DNA from: Balanoglossus misakiensis
Taxonomy: Eukaryota; Animalia; Hemichordata
Reading direction: 5' to 3'
Length of the DNA: 64,000 bases
NCBI GenBank assembly: GCA_040954595.2
Contig: CM082585.2
Coordinates: forward strand, 10,891,995 to 10,955,994
The position numbers were made by a program, and so were the translations under genes. Below the pieces are notes generated by a model. That model was not told the origin of the DNA and did no database searches. It saw only the letters and a program-made list of their open reading frames with translations. How positions within the stretch are numbered: the stretch's first letter is position 1; the number at the start of each line of letters is the position of its first letter. Shown here piece by piece: positions 27,301-41,155 of this stretch.

Positions 27301-28879
27301 GTGACCTCCGACCCGCAAAATGTGAAAAAACGTCATAGAAAAAAAAACATGCCTCTACTTAAATGCAAATATTACATCCAGAAAGAAAGCTCGTGTGTAC
27401 AAAGAAACAGTGGTTGCAAAATAAAGAGAAAACACAAAATAAGGTCACACTATATAGGCACACTTACGCATCAATTGTAACTTAGGTCTATTCTGTGTTC
27501 TATTGAGCAAGTTGAAGGGGAATGTTTACTTAGTTTTAAAGTTCGCAAAGTGGCATATTTTCAGCTAAAAGAACATTTAATCTGTTGGCTAGTACTTATG
27601 TACTAGTTTTCAGGATGTAACTTGTTTTCTGTAATTATATTTTCTTTGACTGCACCAGCAGCCAGTTTCTTCATACTTTTTTTTCTCCAAAACTAGGCCA
27701 ATCGGTTGGTTCAGTCAGCGCCGTCTGTATCTCTTCCTACCAACCAACTATTGTCGTCCAAACAACACGAATGTTGAAAGCCAACACAACCTTTTGAGGT
27801 CAGAACTTTTGTGTGTCAACATTCCCTTGCAACTGAATTCACCGTTCATTCCTGTCTACTTTCTTGAGCGAGTCCCAATAACTTAGTTATCTCGCCCACG
27901 CACAGACAATGTGGACGATATACGTGCTGAGGCTTAACCTCCCGAAAAATGGCAATTTTTTTCCATTCAATTTCAAGTCGCTTGTCTTTTTTAAAAGGGG
28001 TAGTCTCAACCGTACGTCTTCGACGCTCATTAGTTATGTCGCAAGATGGACCCCTAACACTAAAACTAACCCTTTAATTTGTCAAAACACGGTCACTCCA
28101 CACAGTGTGGTCAAAACCACCAGTAGTCTTGGAAACGGATTCAGCTGCACATGACAAATGCACTGACCATTATTGATTTTTTTCATCGATCATGTTGATA
28201 AGAAGCAAAGTGATTGTATAAATTTAAGCGAGTGTCAGTAGAAAAGAAACAGAGTTAATGTATAAATTGTTGCACGTCTAACTTCGGATTGTCATGGTAT
28301 AACTGGGACTCTATCTGGTGGATTGTAAGTGCCGCAGGGCCTGGTCGGTACAGGGCAGGTCAAGGGACGTGGATCGGTCTAGATCACTACAGTATATGGC
28401 TTCCTTTTGACACATTGCTGGTACAATGACAATGGGGGTCAAGTTCCCTTGCGGGATGGAGGATCAGAACACATGAAGACAAACGGTCAATGGCTATGCT
28501 TGTCAGAGAGAAAGGAATACTTATACATGTACTTGTCAAGCAGGGAGATGTATGACATGGGTAGTTCGAGAAACTATAAACATGCAGAGAGTTACACCAG
28601 GCTGTGTTAGGTTGACAAAATGTTGTTCTCAGTACTGCGAGCAACCCTTTTTGTCAACCAAAGCAACACCTGCCACAATCATTGCAGCTAGTAGCCATGG
28701 TGTCGCTAAGTCCCAACGGCCGAAAGACATAATTTCATTAAAACGGGCAGAAATGGAAACAACAGTCGAACTGAACGACAGGGTAAAGTAATTTCAACAG
28801 AAGAAGACTGATACGTACCAAAACACGAGACGAAAAACAAAACGACCACCAGTTTTGCACAGAGCTGAGACTTCTCCAT
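24310..28879 (-). CDS. Laccase-type multicopper oxidase, 7 exons, 671 aa, with signal peptide and hydrophobic C-terminal tail
   Basis: Exons 28819-28879 ([21 protein letters not shown]), 26833-27062 (Cys-rich, PGPSIE), 25797-26706, 25202-25503, 24954-25101, 24693-24832, 24310-24534. Phases are consistent and total 2016 nt. All four copper motifs are present: [29 protein letters not shown]. Confidence 0.95.
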
Positions 28880-29489
28880 GACGGTGCCTGCAACTGGTCT
28901 CCAACTTGAATACTGTTCCACGGCCCAGTCACCCAGATTTTGTAACCTTCTTCCTCATTTGCATACAAGCGAATAGCATTGACGCACAAGACGTGAACAA
29001 CACTTATTCTATTCCCTGTCAAGACAATGAAATTGGGAGCAAAGAATGAAGGACATCTAGTGATCTGCACCGATATGGCCCTGACCGTAAGGTCACCAAT
29101 AATGAAAGCGACCCCAAGAAGCTGTCAGTTCACCAAAAGACAAACGGCTAGCGCTTCAATGCTCTCTTGGGACTTTATTGTCCAATTGTTTGCTTTTTAT
29201 GATCATCTAAAGATATATTAACGAAGTGCGACCATGAACGAAATCGAACCCCAGTACGCAAAATGACGACCTATATTCCAGTCGTTGACATCTTCAAAAA
29301 GCCTGTGTAGCACAAACAAGTGAAGGGCGGACAGAAATCTTCTCAGAAACATGCAAACAATCATAAACGAACCACTGTTCCTTTATTGTCACACAAGTTT
29401 AACCAGTGCATTATATAATGAGTCAATCACCCGTATTTCTTACTTATAAATCCACTATCTGATTAATACTAGTATACATTCATTCGAAA

Positions 29490-30061
29490 AGTTTAGCGAC
29501 GGCGCCCCCACCGGTCGACACTGTTTTTGTTAAGCCGGAAGTAGGTGCACCTGCTTGATTGCAGGGAGGAGAAACGAAATCCCGATGAAGCGACGTGAAC
29601 TTCTCCGTGTAGTCGTTGTATCGCTGGTTTACCGACATTGACAGTTCCAACGAACTGATATGGTGCACTCCAGGTACGTCTGGTTTAGTAATTGTGACAA
29701 GAGAAGGTGGATAGGCGCTTGCACGCTGACAGCAACATGCATACAAGCTGAGGTGCATGCCTGGTTGTGGATTGCCGTTCAACCACCCCAACAGTTGAAC
29801 ACTAAGCAAAACCTGGAGCTACGACACTGCAGCTAATAGAGAGACCACCGGAGTAACCAGAGCAGGGCTTATTATAGCATTATCAGACAATCTGGTCGGT
29901 GACACAGCCAGATATTTCATGGTGCGATAGATCACTCGTGTGGTTCAAATATTATCACGCCCTCAACGGTGAAACGGCTTGGTGCAAGCGAGAATACCGT
30001 TTTTGAGAAATGTGTGCTAAAATTTGACAAAGGCATTTTGTTTCTTTTACTTCATTTCTAG
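29490..30061 (+). promoter_or_regulatory. Probable WDR53 promoter and 5'-UTR intron
   Basis: CpG-rich stretch with ETS motif GCCGGAAGT near 29533. Donor-like CAG|GTACGT near 29673. Polypyrimidine tract and AG acceptor at about 30060, just upstream of the ATG. Confidence 0.5.
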
Positions 30062-30127
30062 GAGACTGATGATGTGCTTATATTTTGCAGTAACATGTAG
30101 TACAGGGGCAAAAATCCGAAGTTCAGA

Positions 30128-31159
30128 ATGACCGCACCCGACTTCAACATTCAGAGGTGGAGTGGTGGACACACAGACACTGTTTTATGTCTGGATTGTA
30201 GTGCATCTGGTGTCATTGTATCTGGCAGCGAAAATGGCGAGTGTGTTTTGTGGAATGAAGACGGCAAGGTGATCGAGACTCTTACCAAGTGTGAGGATGG
30301 TGTTACTTCTGTATGTTTTAGTCAGAGAGACCCAACAAAGTTCTTTTTGTCTTCTGGAAGTAATATTTTAGAGTATGATTGTAAGAACTTGTCTGAACCA
30401 ATTTGGACATGCAGCTTCAATCAAGAAGAAATTAATCAGCTCGCTTTGAATTGCAATGAAGAGTTACTTGCATCAGGTGATGACTCAGGTCAGGTCAAAG
30501 TGATTCAACTTAGAGAAAAGAGAGTTTATAAAACTCTGAGAAAGCATTCAAACATTTGCACTGGTGTGAGATTTCGACGGAAAAAGCAATGGGAGCTAGT
30601 CTCGGGGAGCATGGACGAATGTGCGATCCATTGGGAGTGTGGTCGCGGACGAGCGCTGACAGTTCTCAGCATGCAGGATTTCGGTGAAGAATCGAACCCC
30701 GGAGGTGCTTACTTGGTGAACCCGCCGCTGGTGCATTCCGTGGACATTTCGGAGAACGACAGACTGCTCGCTTGTGGTTTGGAAAACGCAACCGTGGAGC
30801 TGTTTGAGTTTCGGGGCAAACGGGGGATCTGTGAACGCGCTTGTCTGCGCGGACACACGCAAGGTGTGTCTCAAGTTCACTTCCCAAGATTCCAAGCAAA
30901 TGCCCGACTGCTCTCAGCAGGGAATGATGGGAAGATAATATTATGGGATATATCTGGAGACCCAGAAGAGTCGGACCAGACAGCTGGGACCTCAGAAACT
31001 GCCAACAGTTCAGAGGTTGCCGGCAAGAAACCAGCTCAACTTTCTCTTATTGATCATCGCCACAAAGTAAACTGGATAACATCCATGAAAACTGAAAGCA
31101 AAGATCTCATTTACATTGCTGATCAAACAAACAGTATCTCACAATATACAATAATTTAG
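30128..31159 (+). CDS. WDR53: WD repeat-containing protein 53, single coding exon, 343 aa
   Basis: WD40 repeats with WDR53-typical segments: WSGGHTDTVLCL, FNQEEINQL, LASGDDSGQVK, LRKHSNIC, NPPLVHS, GHTQGVSQVHF, SAGNDGKIILWD, KVNW, IYIADQT. Confidence 0.9.
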   Translation: MTAPDFNIQRWSGGHTDTVLCLDCSASGVIVSGSENGECVLWNEDGKVIETLTKCEDGVTSVCFSQRDPTKFFLSSGSNILEYDCKNLSEPIWTCSFNQEEINQLALNCNEELLASGDDSGQVKVIQLREKRVYKTLRKHSNICTGVRFRRKKQWELVSGSMDECAIHWECGRGRALTVLSMQDFGEESNPGGAYLVNPPLVHSVDISENDRLLACGLENATVELFEFRGKRGICERACLRGHTQGVSQVHFPRFQANARLLSAGNDGKIILWDISGDPEESDQTAGTSETANSSEVAGKKPAQLSLIDHRHKVNWITSMKTESKDLIYIADQTNSISQYTII

Positions 31160-34100
31160 AAATGCTGCATTAAATTCCATTAATCACAGTGTACGGTCTT
31201 TAGTGACAGTTTTCAATTTTCAGCATAAGACAAACAGCAATTCTGAAAATCTCTTATCATTTGTAGATTGGCAAAACTTGAAATAAAATCTTGATAACAC
31301 AAGATAAACGTAATACATGTCTGTCATGCTTGTCGAGACTAAACTTCCACGTTTTAATAGTCTCGGGTACGCGTGACTTGAATAATTCGTCCGAAACACG
31401 AGCTTAGCATCACATACGACATACATTTATACTTCCGCGAGACGATGTTTAGGCCTACGTGTGCGATATCGTGCCTCGCCACACTCGCGTAGAGTCACGT
31501 GGAAACTGCTTCCGCTTGATGATGTGCAAAATCGCACATCGTCAGATATTATAAGTACATGTACTAGGCGACGGGGACACAATCTCGGGATGTGACTAAA
31601 CCAGTACCGATTTTCTCAGAAAGAAGGTCCACAGTTTTCTTGGTAAAAGCTTAGCGCATTACATGCATGTGCATGGACATACGCCTAAATATAAATAACA
31701 CAAATCTCAAGCGCATATGCCTGAGACTTGCACCTGGAGTAGACTCTCGGGACCCTTAATGTGTTTGATACTGGTTTTTCGTGCATTACTGCACGAAAAT
31801 TAACGTTCGTGTTTACACGACGGTTCAGTGACGTGAGTACTAGTTCAATACTGATCTGTTGGCAAGACAACAACCGGTTTCGACAAGTCAACATGGCGAC
31901 CTCATACCTCTGTTGCTCTGCTGATTCATGTGGATGATGTGTGCGAACTGATAGCCCATCAAGGGGTCATTTGGTAACCAAAACTAGAACTTTATCGAGA
32001 TACAGCCAAATTGATAGGTGGCACAATATGATAACCTGATAACCAAGTTTCGACTGAGAGTGGGCAAACGCGAGAAACTAATTACTCTCGTGTCGACTGT
32101 GTAGTGGCGTTTGGTTGAATTCGATAAGTGAACTGCAATAGGCCTATTTCGCGCATATTTTGTTGATTCTTTTCGGAACTGGCATCTCTATGGTGATCAG
32201 TAATCTAAATAATGTGTTGTGGACGGTCACCGGTCCGAACAAGAGATGTATGCATGGAGCTCAGAGTGTGGTAGTCCAATGGACTAAGGTGGACAGGCCA
32301 GGTCAGGTCACCATATGGCCAAGGTCGGTTTGTCCCGTCAAAACAAACTCGTCCCTTTTATCGCCTTTGCGTGTTTTTCATCATCAGACAAAACTACTCA
32401 ATTTGTCATACGCTCAACATTTTCCCCGACTCTCGAGTTTTTAAACACGGCTAATGTGGATCCACCAGACAGACATGTCTCTTAATAACAAACCCTGGAA
32501 CCAGGGTCTGTAAGCAATTAAATGCCGACATAACAACACGGCCGTTTTCAAATCACATGCCAAAGAATTGGCCATATTCCAAAAGCACATCCATGCAAAC
32601 CATTTGATTGGTGACTTGCTCCGAAATAATTAAAACTAATGAAATAATTCTCTCGCCCACAGCTTTGTTTTCAAGCCACGTTATCGGCTGATTGGCAACT
32701 GGAAAACATGCTTCAGTCAGAATACTAATAGAAGAAACAAAACAACACGTCAATGACCTAAATATACGGTGCATTTGTACACAGGTCCTGTAACATATAT
32801 GCACCTGCCGGCCGACGTAAACATCGGGCAGTACCTAGCTGCCATTGGCAATCAGCCAATATTTCAATACGATCCTTTGACTTGAGTTTCGACGTACCCG
32901 ATCACATGCGGACATGGGTAGCATGGTTATCTGATACCTGGAAATGATTGGACGCCGAAAATAAATAATTCATCTACTTCAAAAACATTACTGCGAGTGA
33001 TTGGTAGTGAGTCCTGATATGCTAATATATATGCAAATTTTCCTTCGCGGGAAATGTATCACGCGTTGGGTTGTGAAATAGTAGTGCCGGAAGTTAGTGT
33101 AAACATTGTAAAACATAAGAATTTCTTTCGAATTTAAAGTTTTAGTGAGGAAAATGTTGACGTTTAATGTCAAAAATGTGTGAAATGGTGTATTTTATTT
33201 GAATATTTTGGGTGAAAATAAAAATATACCAATTTTTGACACAAGACGACTCCGGCCATTCATGCTGGCAAAGCGTGAACACCTCGTGTGTTTATAAATA
33301 TGTAGATCAGTACACTAGGATTCAGAAGAACTTAGCCGCTACATATGTGAACATCGACTGTGTTGGTTGTCTGCAATTTTTGCAAGATTTTTCATCTTTT
33401 TGCCGATAATATATATATTTTATACTGACAAGTGTTTGGGGGAACGTAGTGAACAACACTGGTGAGTGCTGTTTGAAAAAATTATGTGAATTTGTGTCGT
33501 ATTTGAATGTTTTAGAGGTACCGCCTTTTGTAACGTACGGTACATGTATGTTTCCGCCCATACGGAAAAACGTGGCTGCCGACTTGGAAATTTACATTTC
33601 AAAATTTCAGGGCCTAGCCAGCGCCTTCGCTCCGCATTTAAATAATAGTGGGTCTCTAACTTAAATATCACAGATTTCATGTGAATTGTAGGCATGCGAT
33701 ACTATCTGGAGGACAGCTGGCTTCAATTGTAATATATGTGCGACGTGCCACGCCGAAGCGAGGCTTCGCAGAATATTTTATGTTTTGCCTTGACTATCGT
33801 TTTGCCCACCACAGTAACACCCCAACCCCGTGTTTTACTGTATGGTTTTCAGTATTGTTTTAATTTTCCGAAAGACTAGTGGTGCTATTTTAGTCATGGA
33901 AATAACCGTGGAATATTTCCAATGTTTCGCATGGTCTGACAGGTATGGCACATGTCTATTCTAAATACGCTGGTACAAAGAACCTTTGTGCACCAAATTT
34001 GCGTTTCAAAAGACTGTTAAATAGGCAATAGATTCATGGAGACGGGCCTGGCTACATGTTGCTCGTATGTATATAAGGACAGCTATTGTTAGATCCCATC

Positions 34101-34706
34101 ATCTTGAACTAAAATTACAGACTGTCTGTAGCTGAATGAATGACGTCACTACCATCCTTGGCCACACAAGCGCAATGTATGAGATGTTCCAATATTCTTG
34201 ATTAATAAGCTGGCAGCTCTCAACAATTTTCTTCTCTTTAAATAATCATTTTTATCTTTTCAAATGCAGATACCTGTTTAAATCTACAAACGAGTGAGAA
34301 GAACCCTGAAATCGACACTGACGCCAGGTCTGACGATATACTTTGTATATGACAACGGATAGCTTCAGAACACTGGCTGGACAAATTTGTCCCATACTAT
34401 TTATTTGCAAGGTATACAATAATATTGATTTTCATTCCTTCCTAGAAAATATAGCTCATTTAAGTGCATGAGAATGTTCACAAGATCAGTGTTGACTCTA
34501 TTGAAATTGTAATGTTAGTAAACATTTGTGAACCTTGCCCAAGTGCTATCTTAATATCAATTATTTGCTAATTTTGAAGTTGACTCATTCAATCATATCA
34601 AGTTCCAACAGGTACGAAGTGGAAGTTTGACGTATGTTTTTTTTCTCCAGTTCTGTAGGTCTGATTCCACGAAATTAATTTGTAAGAAGTTGTTGCATCC
34701 TGTGGA

Positions 34707-37700
34707 ATGAACAAAGACAGTGTTCTTCCTTCATGGAAACCATTTGTGTTTGGAGGCCTAGCATCAATAACAGCAGAATTCGGTGGGTATTTTCTTTTCA
34801 ATTTCTAATTGTTCTCCCAGTAAATGTAAGTAAATTCTTACAATTATGACCCCATAGGAATTTTCAGCATGACCTTGCGTCATTTCTTGCTAAGAGATGT
34901 GAAAGCCATCACAGACTGCCACCAACTCTGACAGTGTGACATTGAACTTTGCATTTTACATCGCTTGCTGCTATTTTATTGTCAAACTGCATTGTGCATA
35001 TATTAACAGACTTGACATACATTATTGACATTTGTAGACTACGGCTGACTTTAATTTTAAGAGGATAGACAAAGCGACAAATGTTTTGACTGCACACAGA
35101 GCATTGTGTAGAGATTATTTTCATGGACAGAACTGTGTTTTGTAGTAATTGGTGGTGGTTTGTCGGGCTATGCACTTGGCTGTCAGTTTTTATATCATTC
35201 CCAATCATTTAGTCAATATATATCACTTGTGTAAAAAAAAATATTTAAAAATCTGGCCCAGTGTGCTCATCGTCATGATGCAAGGTCATTCTATGTTCAA
35301 ATTTAAATTAGTTGCCCCATGTTGAACCAGTTCTTCCCATATATGCTGGTTAAGTTTCACTATGTCATGTAGGCCTGGATCACCTTGCTGCTGCATCGCT
35401 GCTGGCGCATTCCATGGGGTTTCCAGTTGGAGTGTCTCGCCTGCAGACCTGGACCCAGGCTGAGGGAACGAGACTGATGGGCATCTGCGATGATGGACGT
35501 TGCTGATGCGTTTCCTGTTAACCTCCGTGTCAAGCGGCTGCTTTGGGAGACTCTGCAAGTCTACCATTGGCAGTCATCCTTGTAACTAATCAACAGTAAG
35601 CCTACTGAATAGTTGTCATAAAAACCCAGTTTGATCTTAGAAGTTATGTGAAGGCTAGTTCAGTGTTAGGGTCTTCTGTGTCATGTAATCTTATACTTGT
35701 CATTTCAGCTTCATTTCATTATTGTACCAACATGTCATGTTGCTTATTCCTACAGCAAATATTTGACCACTGGTGTCTTAACTCAACTGGAATGTTTCGT
35801 GGGTTGGGGATCTGTTAGTGAAAAAAAAAAATTTAAAAATGTGGTCATGAGTTTCGCAAGTAGATTTAGTTTCTCAACTGTGTGCATGTTTTCATATTTA
35901 CAGCTCTTGAGCATTTAGTTGCATTTATGAATATGAAAGGACTGACTATACATATGGATTTGGAAAGAGTATCACCATTAGAAAGCAAGGAAACCAAATT
36001 TAAATTTTGTAAGAGATTAAAAGAAATGATTATGATGAAATGTTCTGTGTCGTACAAATTTGTTTATAGATTAGATGCCTGTCTAGTTCCCTTATGGCAT
36101 AATGAGAGTACAAAAGGGTTTGGGTGATCATACCTATTCTATGTTTGCACACACTGATTCACACCTTGCTTGAGAGTAAAGTAAATGTATGATGCTAATG
36201 TGAAAGAATTTTCTGTTTATCTTGACAGGTACTTTTCCAATTGATACCACCAAGACAAGGCTGCAAGTACAAGGACAGCATGCCTGTGAAGCTCACTTGA
36301 AGGAAATCCGTTACCGGGGCATGACACATGCCTTTTACAGGATCTCTCAAGAAGAAGGTATCAGAGCTCTGTACTCGGGGTAAGCATTTCCAGTGATCTT
36401 ATTCCTTTGATTTTAACCGGGATCAAATTTTCACCATTGTAATGCTTAGAACAATTTAGGATTTATCTCAGAAGTGATCCCTAATATCTTAATTTTATTC
36501 CTTCCTTATAATAGGATCAAGGCTGCTTTGCTAAGGCAAGCTTCATATGGGACAATCAAGATTGGATGTTATCACACATTCAAGAGATTGTTGGTTCCAA
36601 ACCCTGCCAAGGAATCTCTACCTGTGAATGTATTCTGTGGAGTTTGGTCAGGAGTCATCTCATCCAGTATTGCAAATCCAACTGATGTGGTAAAGGTAAG
36701 TTGTGTTAGGGGTCAGGAATATCTATGTCTTTGGTTCGTACATAATGTTCAGTGTGATAAAGTTGAGTTGCACATAGTTCAGGTAACTGAAGGCAGGTGC
36801 CATGCATATTTCATAATAAATGATTCTTGAGCCTTTCATGCCCAACCTGCGTGATATGGGTACCAGAGTTCCAATTTGTAGCATAGTAATTGATTGGATG
36901 ATAAGAGGTTACAGGAGTGCTTGACCCTGCCATATCAGTCTGAGTTTGACAAGCTGGCTGCGGAAATAGGATACAAGTGGACTCTGCCCTTTAGGTGGGA
37001 CTAAACTCAACGATCATGCTGTGAAAGCATGTTCTTGCGTATGGAATGGACCCTCCACCAAGATGTGCACTGCACTGCCACGCAAGACCTTGCTGGCCCT
37101 CACAGAAATTTTCCATCAAGGGGCCATGTGACATAGCTGTACTTAAGTTAAATGACCTCTCTGTACTTAAGTTTAATGACATGTACCAGCTCTTGAAATA
37201 CGATTCCATCCAGCCAGGGCCCTTGAATAACATTTCTGTGCAGTCAATACCAGAAGCTCCATATATTGATGTCTGTATGTTGTATTTCAGATTCGTATGC
37301 AAGCGCAGACTGCATCGATTACTGCTAATAGCAACAATGGATTCTTGGTATCTTTCCTGACTATTTATCATCAAGAGGGAACTAAGGGCCTGTGGCGGGT
37401 ACGTTTGTGATAAATTAATTGTCGATTCGTTTGTTATATTTGTCTAATTTTAAGCAGAAAGTATTAATTTTGAACAAATAATTTCTGATTGCATAACTTT
37501 TTTCCCGATTTTGGTCTTCGGGAACTTTAATTAATAGTTGTGTCTTGAATTTTTGGTTTTCAGGGTGTTAGTCCTACAGCTCAACGTGCAGCTATCGTAG
37601 CTGGAGTACAACTGCCAACCTATGACTTGGTTAAGACGGCAATCATGGAGCACAAGCTGATGGGGGATACTGTTGCAACTCACTTTGTGTAAGTTCTGAA

Positions 37701-38407
37701 TAATGTTCTGAGGTGTATATTTCCTCCTGTTTTTCTAACATTGGACAAGAGATATTGTCAAATTCTTCCGAAATTGGTATTCATGACATGCACATAATAA
37801 TCCATTGAAATCTTTATTTTCTTCAGTTCAAGCATCATGGCAGGACTTGCTGCGTGCGTTGCATCGAACCCTGTGGATGTGGCAAAAACAAGAATGATGA
37901 ATCAAAAACAGCTTAAAGAACACCTGCACAAGGAGTTGGGACAAAACAAGAAAATTTACAAGAACACTGTAGACTGTCTTGTCAAGGTGGGTTTGCCCAA
38001 GTTCTATAAATTAATGTTCTGCTGATGTGTATATGTACAAGTAATATTTTAGCTATCATTTTACGTGGATATGGGTGGATGAATATTAACATCACCGCTA
38101 TCTGTTTTTCATTTTCAGACTGCATCTACAGAGGGCTTCCGTGCACTGTACAAGGGGTTTATTCCAAGTTGGCTGCGTATGGGTCCTTGGAACATAATTG
38201 TATCCTTTTCATAGAAGTTTTCTTGGTCAATTTTAAATGGTTAATTTCAGAGTTTTAATTTGTATGACGTATGAAATGTAAAGGTCCAGACACCTTGTCT
38301 TTTTTGTTGAATTTTCCTTAACTCTTTTTTCACAGTTCTTTCTATCATATGAACAGCTGAGGAGACTGAATCACGTACTTACGCACAGTGATGAAAAGTG
38401 GTGCTGA
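34707..38407 (+). CDS. SLC25A30: Mitochondrial carrier of the BMCP1/KMCP1 (SLC25A14/SLC25A30, UCP5) type, 8 coding exons
   Basis: Exons 34707-34782 ([17 protein letters not shown]), 36229-36379 ([12 protein letters not shown]), 36515-36695 ([20 protein letters not shown]), 37291-37398, 37564-37688 ([15 protein letters not shown]), 37827-37986 ([14 protein letters not shown]), 38119-38199 ([10 protein letters not shown]), 38336-38407 (FFLSYEQL). Three PxDxxK carrier signatures. Likely co-orthologous to vertebrate SLC25A14 and SLC25A30. Confidence 0.93.
38200..38335 (+). other. U12-type (minor spliceosome) GT-AG intron
   Basis: 5' site GTATCCTTTT at 38200. Branch site TTTTCCTTAACT at 38312-38323, about 12 nt before CAG at 38333-38335. 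Splicing restores the conserved WNII|FFLSYEQL. Confidence 0.92.
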
Positions 38408-41155
38408 GCTGAAATTTTGTCCGATGATCATTTAGTTGATTACTCTGGAGAAAGCTGCTTTTGGAGCTTTGCTTGATAGTTTCGCTTTCAGTTGTCAGTT
38501 TTGAGGGTTGGGAAACATGAAAATTTGGCGTTTACAGTTTAGCAGTAACATAACATTTGTGCAATACAATGCAAGCGTTATCCAGTGATGACAAATCTAG
38601 AAAAATCAAGATTGGAGGTCTTCAGTTTCTATATGACAACAATCATTTCATCTTTTGTACATTTTTAAGGATGGTCAATGAATTTGGTGTACTTGCTACC
38701 TAATTAATTGAAGTACAAATTTTGTTAGGTTATCCCAATGATTTGTTATTGACTTGTATGATTTTTGTGACGATGACATTTTAAAGGACTTTCATGTTTT
38801 TTAGTCCCCAACAACTGATGTTGTTTACTAAAAATTGTACTAGTTTTGTGACCTTGAAGTTGAGACCTGATGTTGTGCTAGTTTCTAACCTTGAACTGAA
38901 AACCTATCAGTTCTTCAATTCAGGGTTAGCCTGTATAACCAGTACAACCAGTACATAAAAAAGGCAAATATGCGATAGTATGCATCATAGAATGTTAAAC
39001 CTGATTTTTGGAGTCTTGCCATGGCATACCCAACTCACGAAGTACCGGGTAATCGCAGTACGCTAATTTTCGAAGAAGGGGTTGGGAGAAGGGATTGTAA
39101 GATATTGTTTGTTTTTGTTTGCAGTCTGTTTCAAGCTCCAAGCTGTAAAATTTCAGAAGTTTATTTTCTATACACTACACATACTTTGTATTTATAACTA
39201 CAGTTATACTGTTTTCCCTTTTTGTATTTGTATCTCAAAGTGAACTTTCAAAGAAGTAAACTTAAAAATTAAAAACATAATAAATGATCAAAATTAATGG
39301 TTATATTCTTGACGTTTAGTGAAGAGGATATTTATCAAGAATCTTGAAGTATTCTGACATCTGATTTCCAGTTTATTGCACCAAATCAGTGCGTCTTTCA
39401 AAATAATCACAAATTATTACCTTGATGTACCTTGAAGTGCCTGCTTTATTTGTAGTGACAAAAGTCTGTCAATTTTCATTTAAAAATTATGAAAACAACC
39501 TTATTCGATAATCTGATGAAAATTGATATATCTGGTGATGTCACTGTGTAATGTCAGAATTAGAACATGCAAATTGCAGTACAGTACTCCGAGAACTTTG
39601 GAGAAAATGGTTCTATGAATTAACCCAAATTGGGAAAACGTTTGATGCCAGGTAAACGGCAGTATACTGATTGCTTTATACAATGTAGCATAAATGAGAG
39701 ATCAGGACATGAGCAGTACATGTGAATTGCAGTTTTCTGGCAAACTGTTTTCTTAAATTGGTTGTAATTAAATATTCAGTTCTACAATGTACAAGTCCAG
39801 TTTGAATGGTATCCAGGGGCATATGTGCTTCATGCCAGTCGGAAACTGAACTTTACATATAAAAGGAGACATCCCAAGGCAAGTGTATTTCACAAAACCC
39901 TTGGGACTGAAGTTACCGTGTGCCATATGGTGGCATAGGTAGCTTCTGACTAATTTGAGAACACGTGCACAAGTGAAAGAGGACTTGATTTAGGACACGT
40001 TCGCTAAGACCCATTCGAAGTAATGTTATCTATAAGGTCCACTTCTGCTATTACCATCTTTAATATTTGATCTGTGAACTTGCTCTTAATTGAAATAAAG
40101 TTTTGAGATGCCAAATCCTGTGTGATGTTTTTGAAAATAAATGTTGCCCATGTCGAAGTCACTTGCTGCCATGTTGAATATGTATGTGTGTTGTACATGT
40201 TACAAGTAAATAGGATGCTTACAGAATCGGGTAAAGACGAGGTATGTTCACCACAGTTTACGTAGTGAGACGATAATCATGGGTAGTCTTAATTTTTCCC
40301 GTCAATTCTTTAAGTGTATATGTGTTGTGGTGATGAAACGAGACGCAATTAAAAATTCACAAAATACAAAATGGCTGGATTCCAACAAACGCAGTGCGTT
40401 ACGATGTTTAACGATAGGCATTTTATAGCGTCAACAAAAGAGGGCGCATTTCCCAGGTTTTTCAGGGCAAGCGTTTGCTGTCCATGTACATTTGTATTCT
40501 ATCTCTAAATTATTAGAATTAGATACCAGAACTACCGTACATACGTTACTTCCGATAGCCCAGTCTACAGATACGTCAGAGATGCGGACAAACATTGTAA
40601 GGTCAATTCCCAGTCAGCGTAAATTGCCTGGCGCCTCTGCATTGCACACCTGTTCCAAGAGTGCAAATATTAATTGACCAATCACAAGTGCTGTGATCTA
40701 CCTGAAGCTAAATGTTGTGGTGTAGGTAACGTACACAGCACCCCCCCCCCCCCTTCAACTATGGAGAATGTCGACTTTGTCTTATAGCCTTGTATATCAT
40801 GGGAGCATATTATCAGGGCCATGGTATGTTATGAGTTTAGTGGTGATATTCCAAATCGAATATTGCGTCTGCAATTTTTGTCAGACGCTGTAGATAGGTC
40901 ACGTGGTCCTGTCAGTGCGTCAAACAGGTGTTGTCCGTACGTCACTTTCTGAGGACGACGTTGTGTGTGGACGCTGTATGAATATCTGTCTGCCCACCCT
41001 TCATTGCTTTCTCCGCTGCCGTCTTGTTTCAAATGAACTCTTCTCGGACAGCAACAAATATGTCAAAGGTTGACCTTGCAAAAACTCTTTTGCATCACAG
41101 TTTCGGCCGAGCAAATCGAGCAGGTCAGGTCACACCAGGTCCGCCGGATAACTGA

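Noticed and set aside
29230-29275. Minus-strand GGTTCGATTTC B-box-like motif suggesting a tRNA or SINE
   Set aside because: No cloverleaf or A-box could be built. At most a decayed fragment.
31600-33200. CpG-rich region with YY1-like AACATGGCG and ETS motifs as a possible extra gene
   Set aside because: No spliceable coding exons or RNA-gene structure found. More simply explained as promoter sequence for SLC25A14/30.
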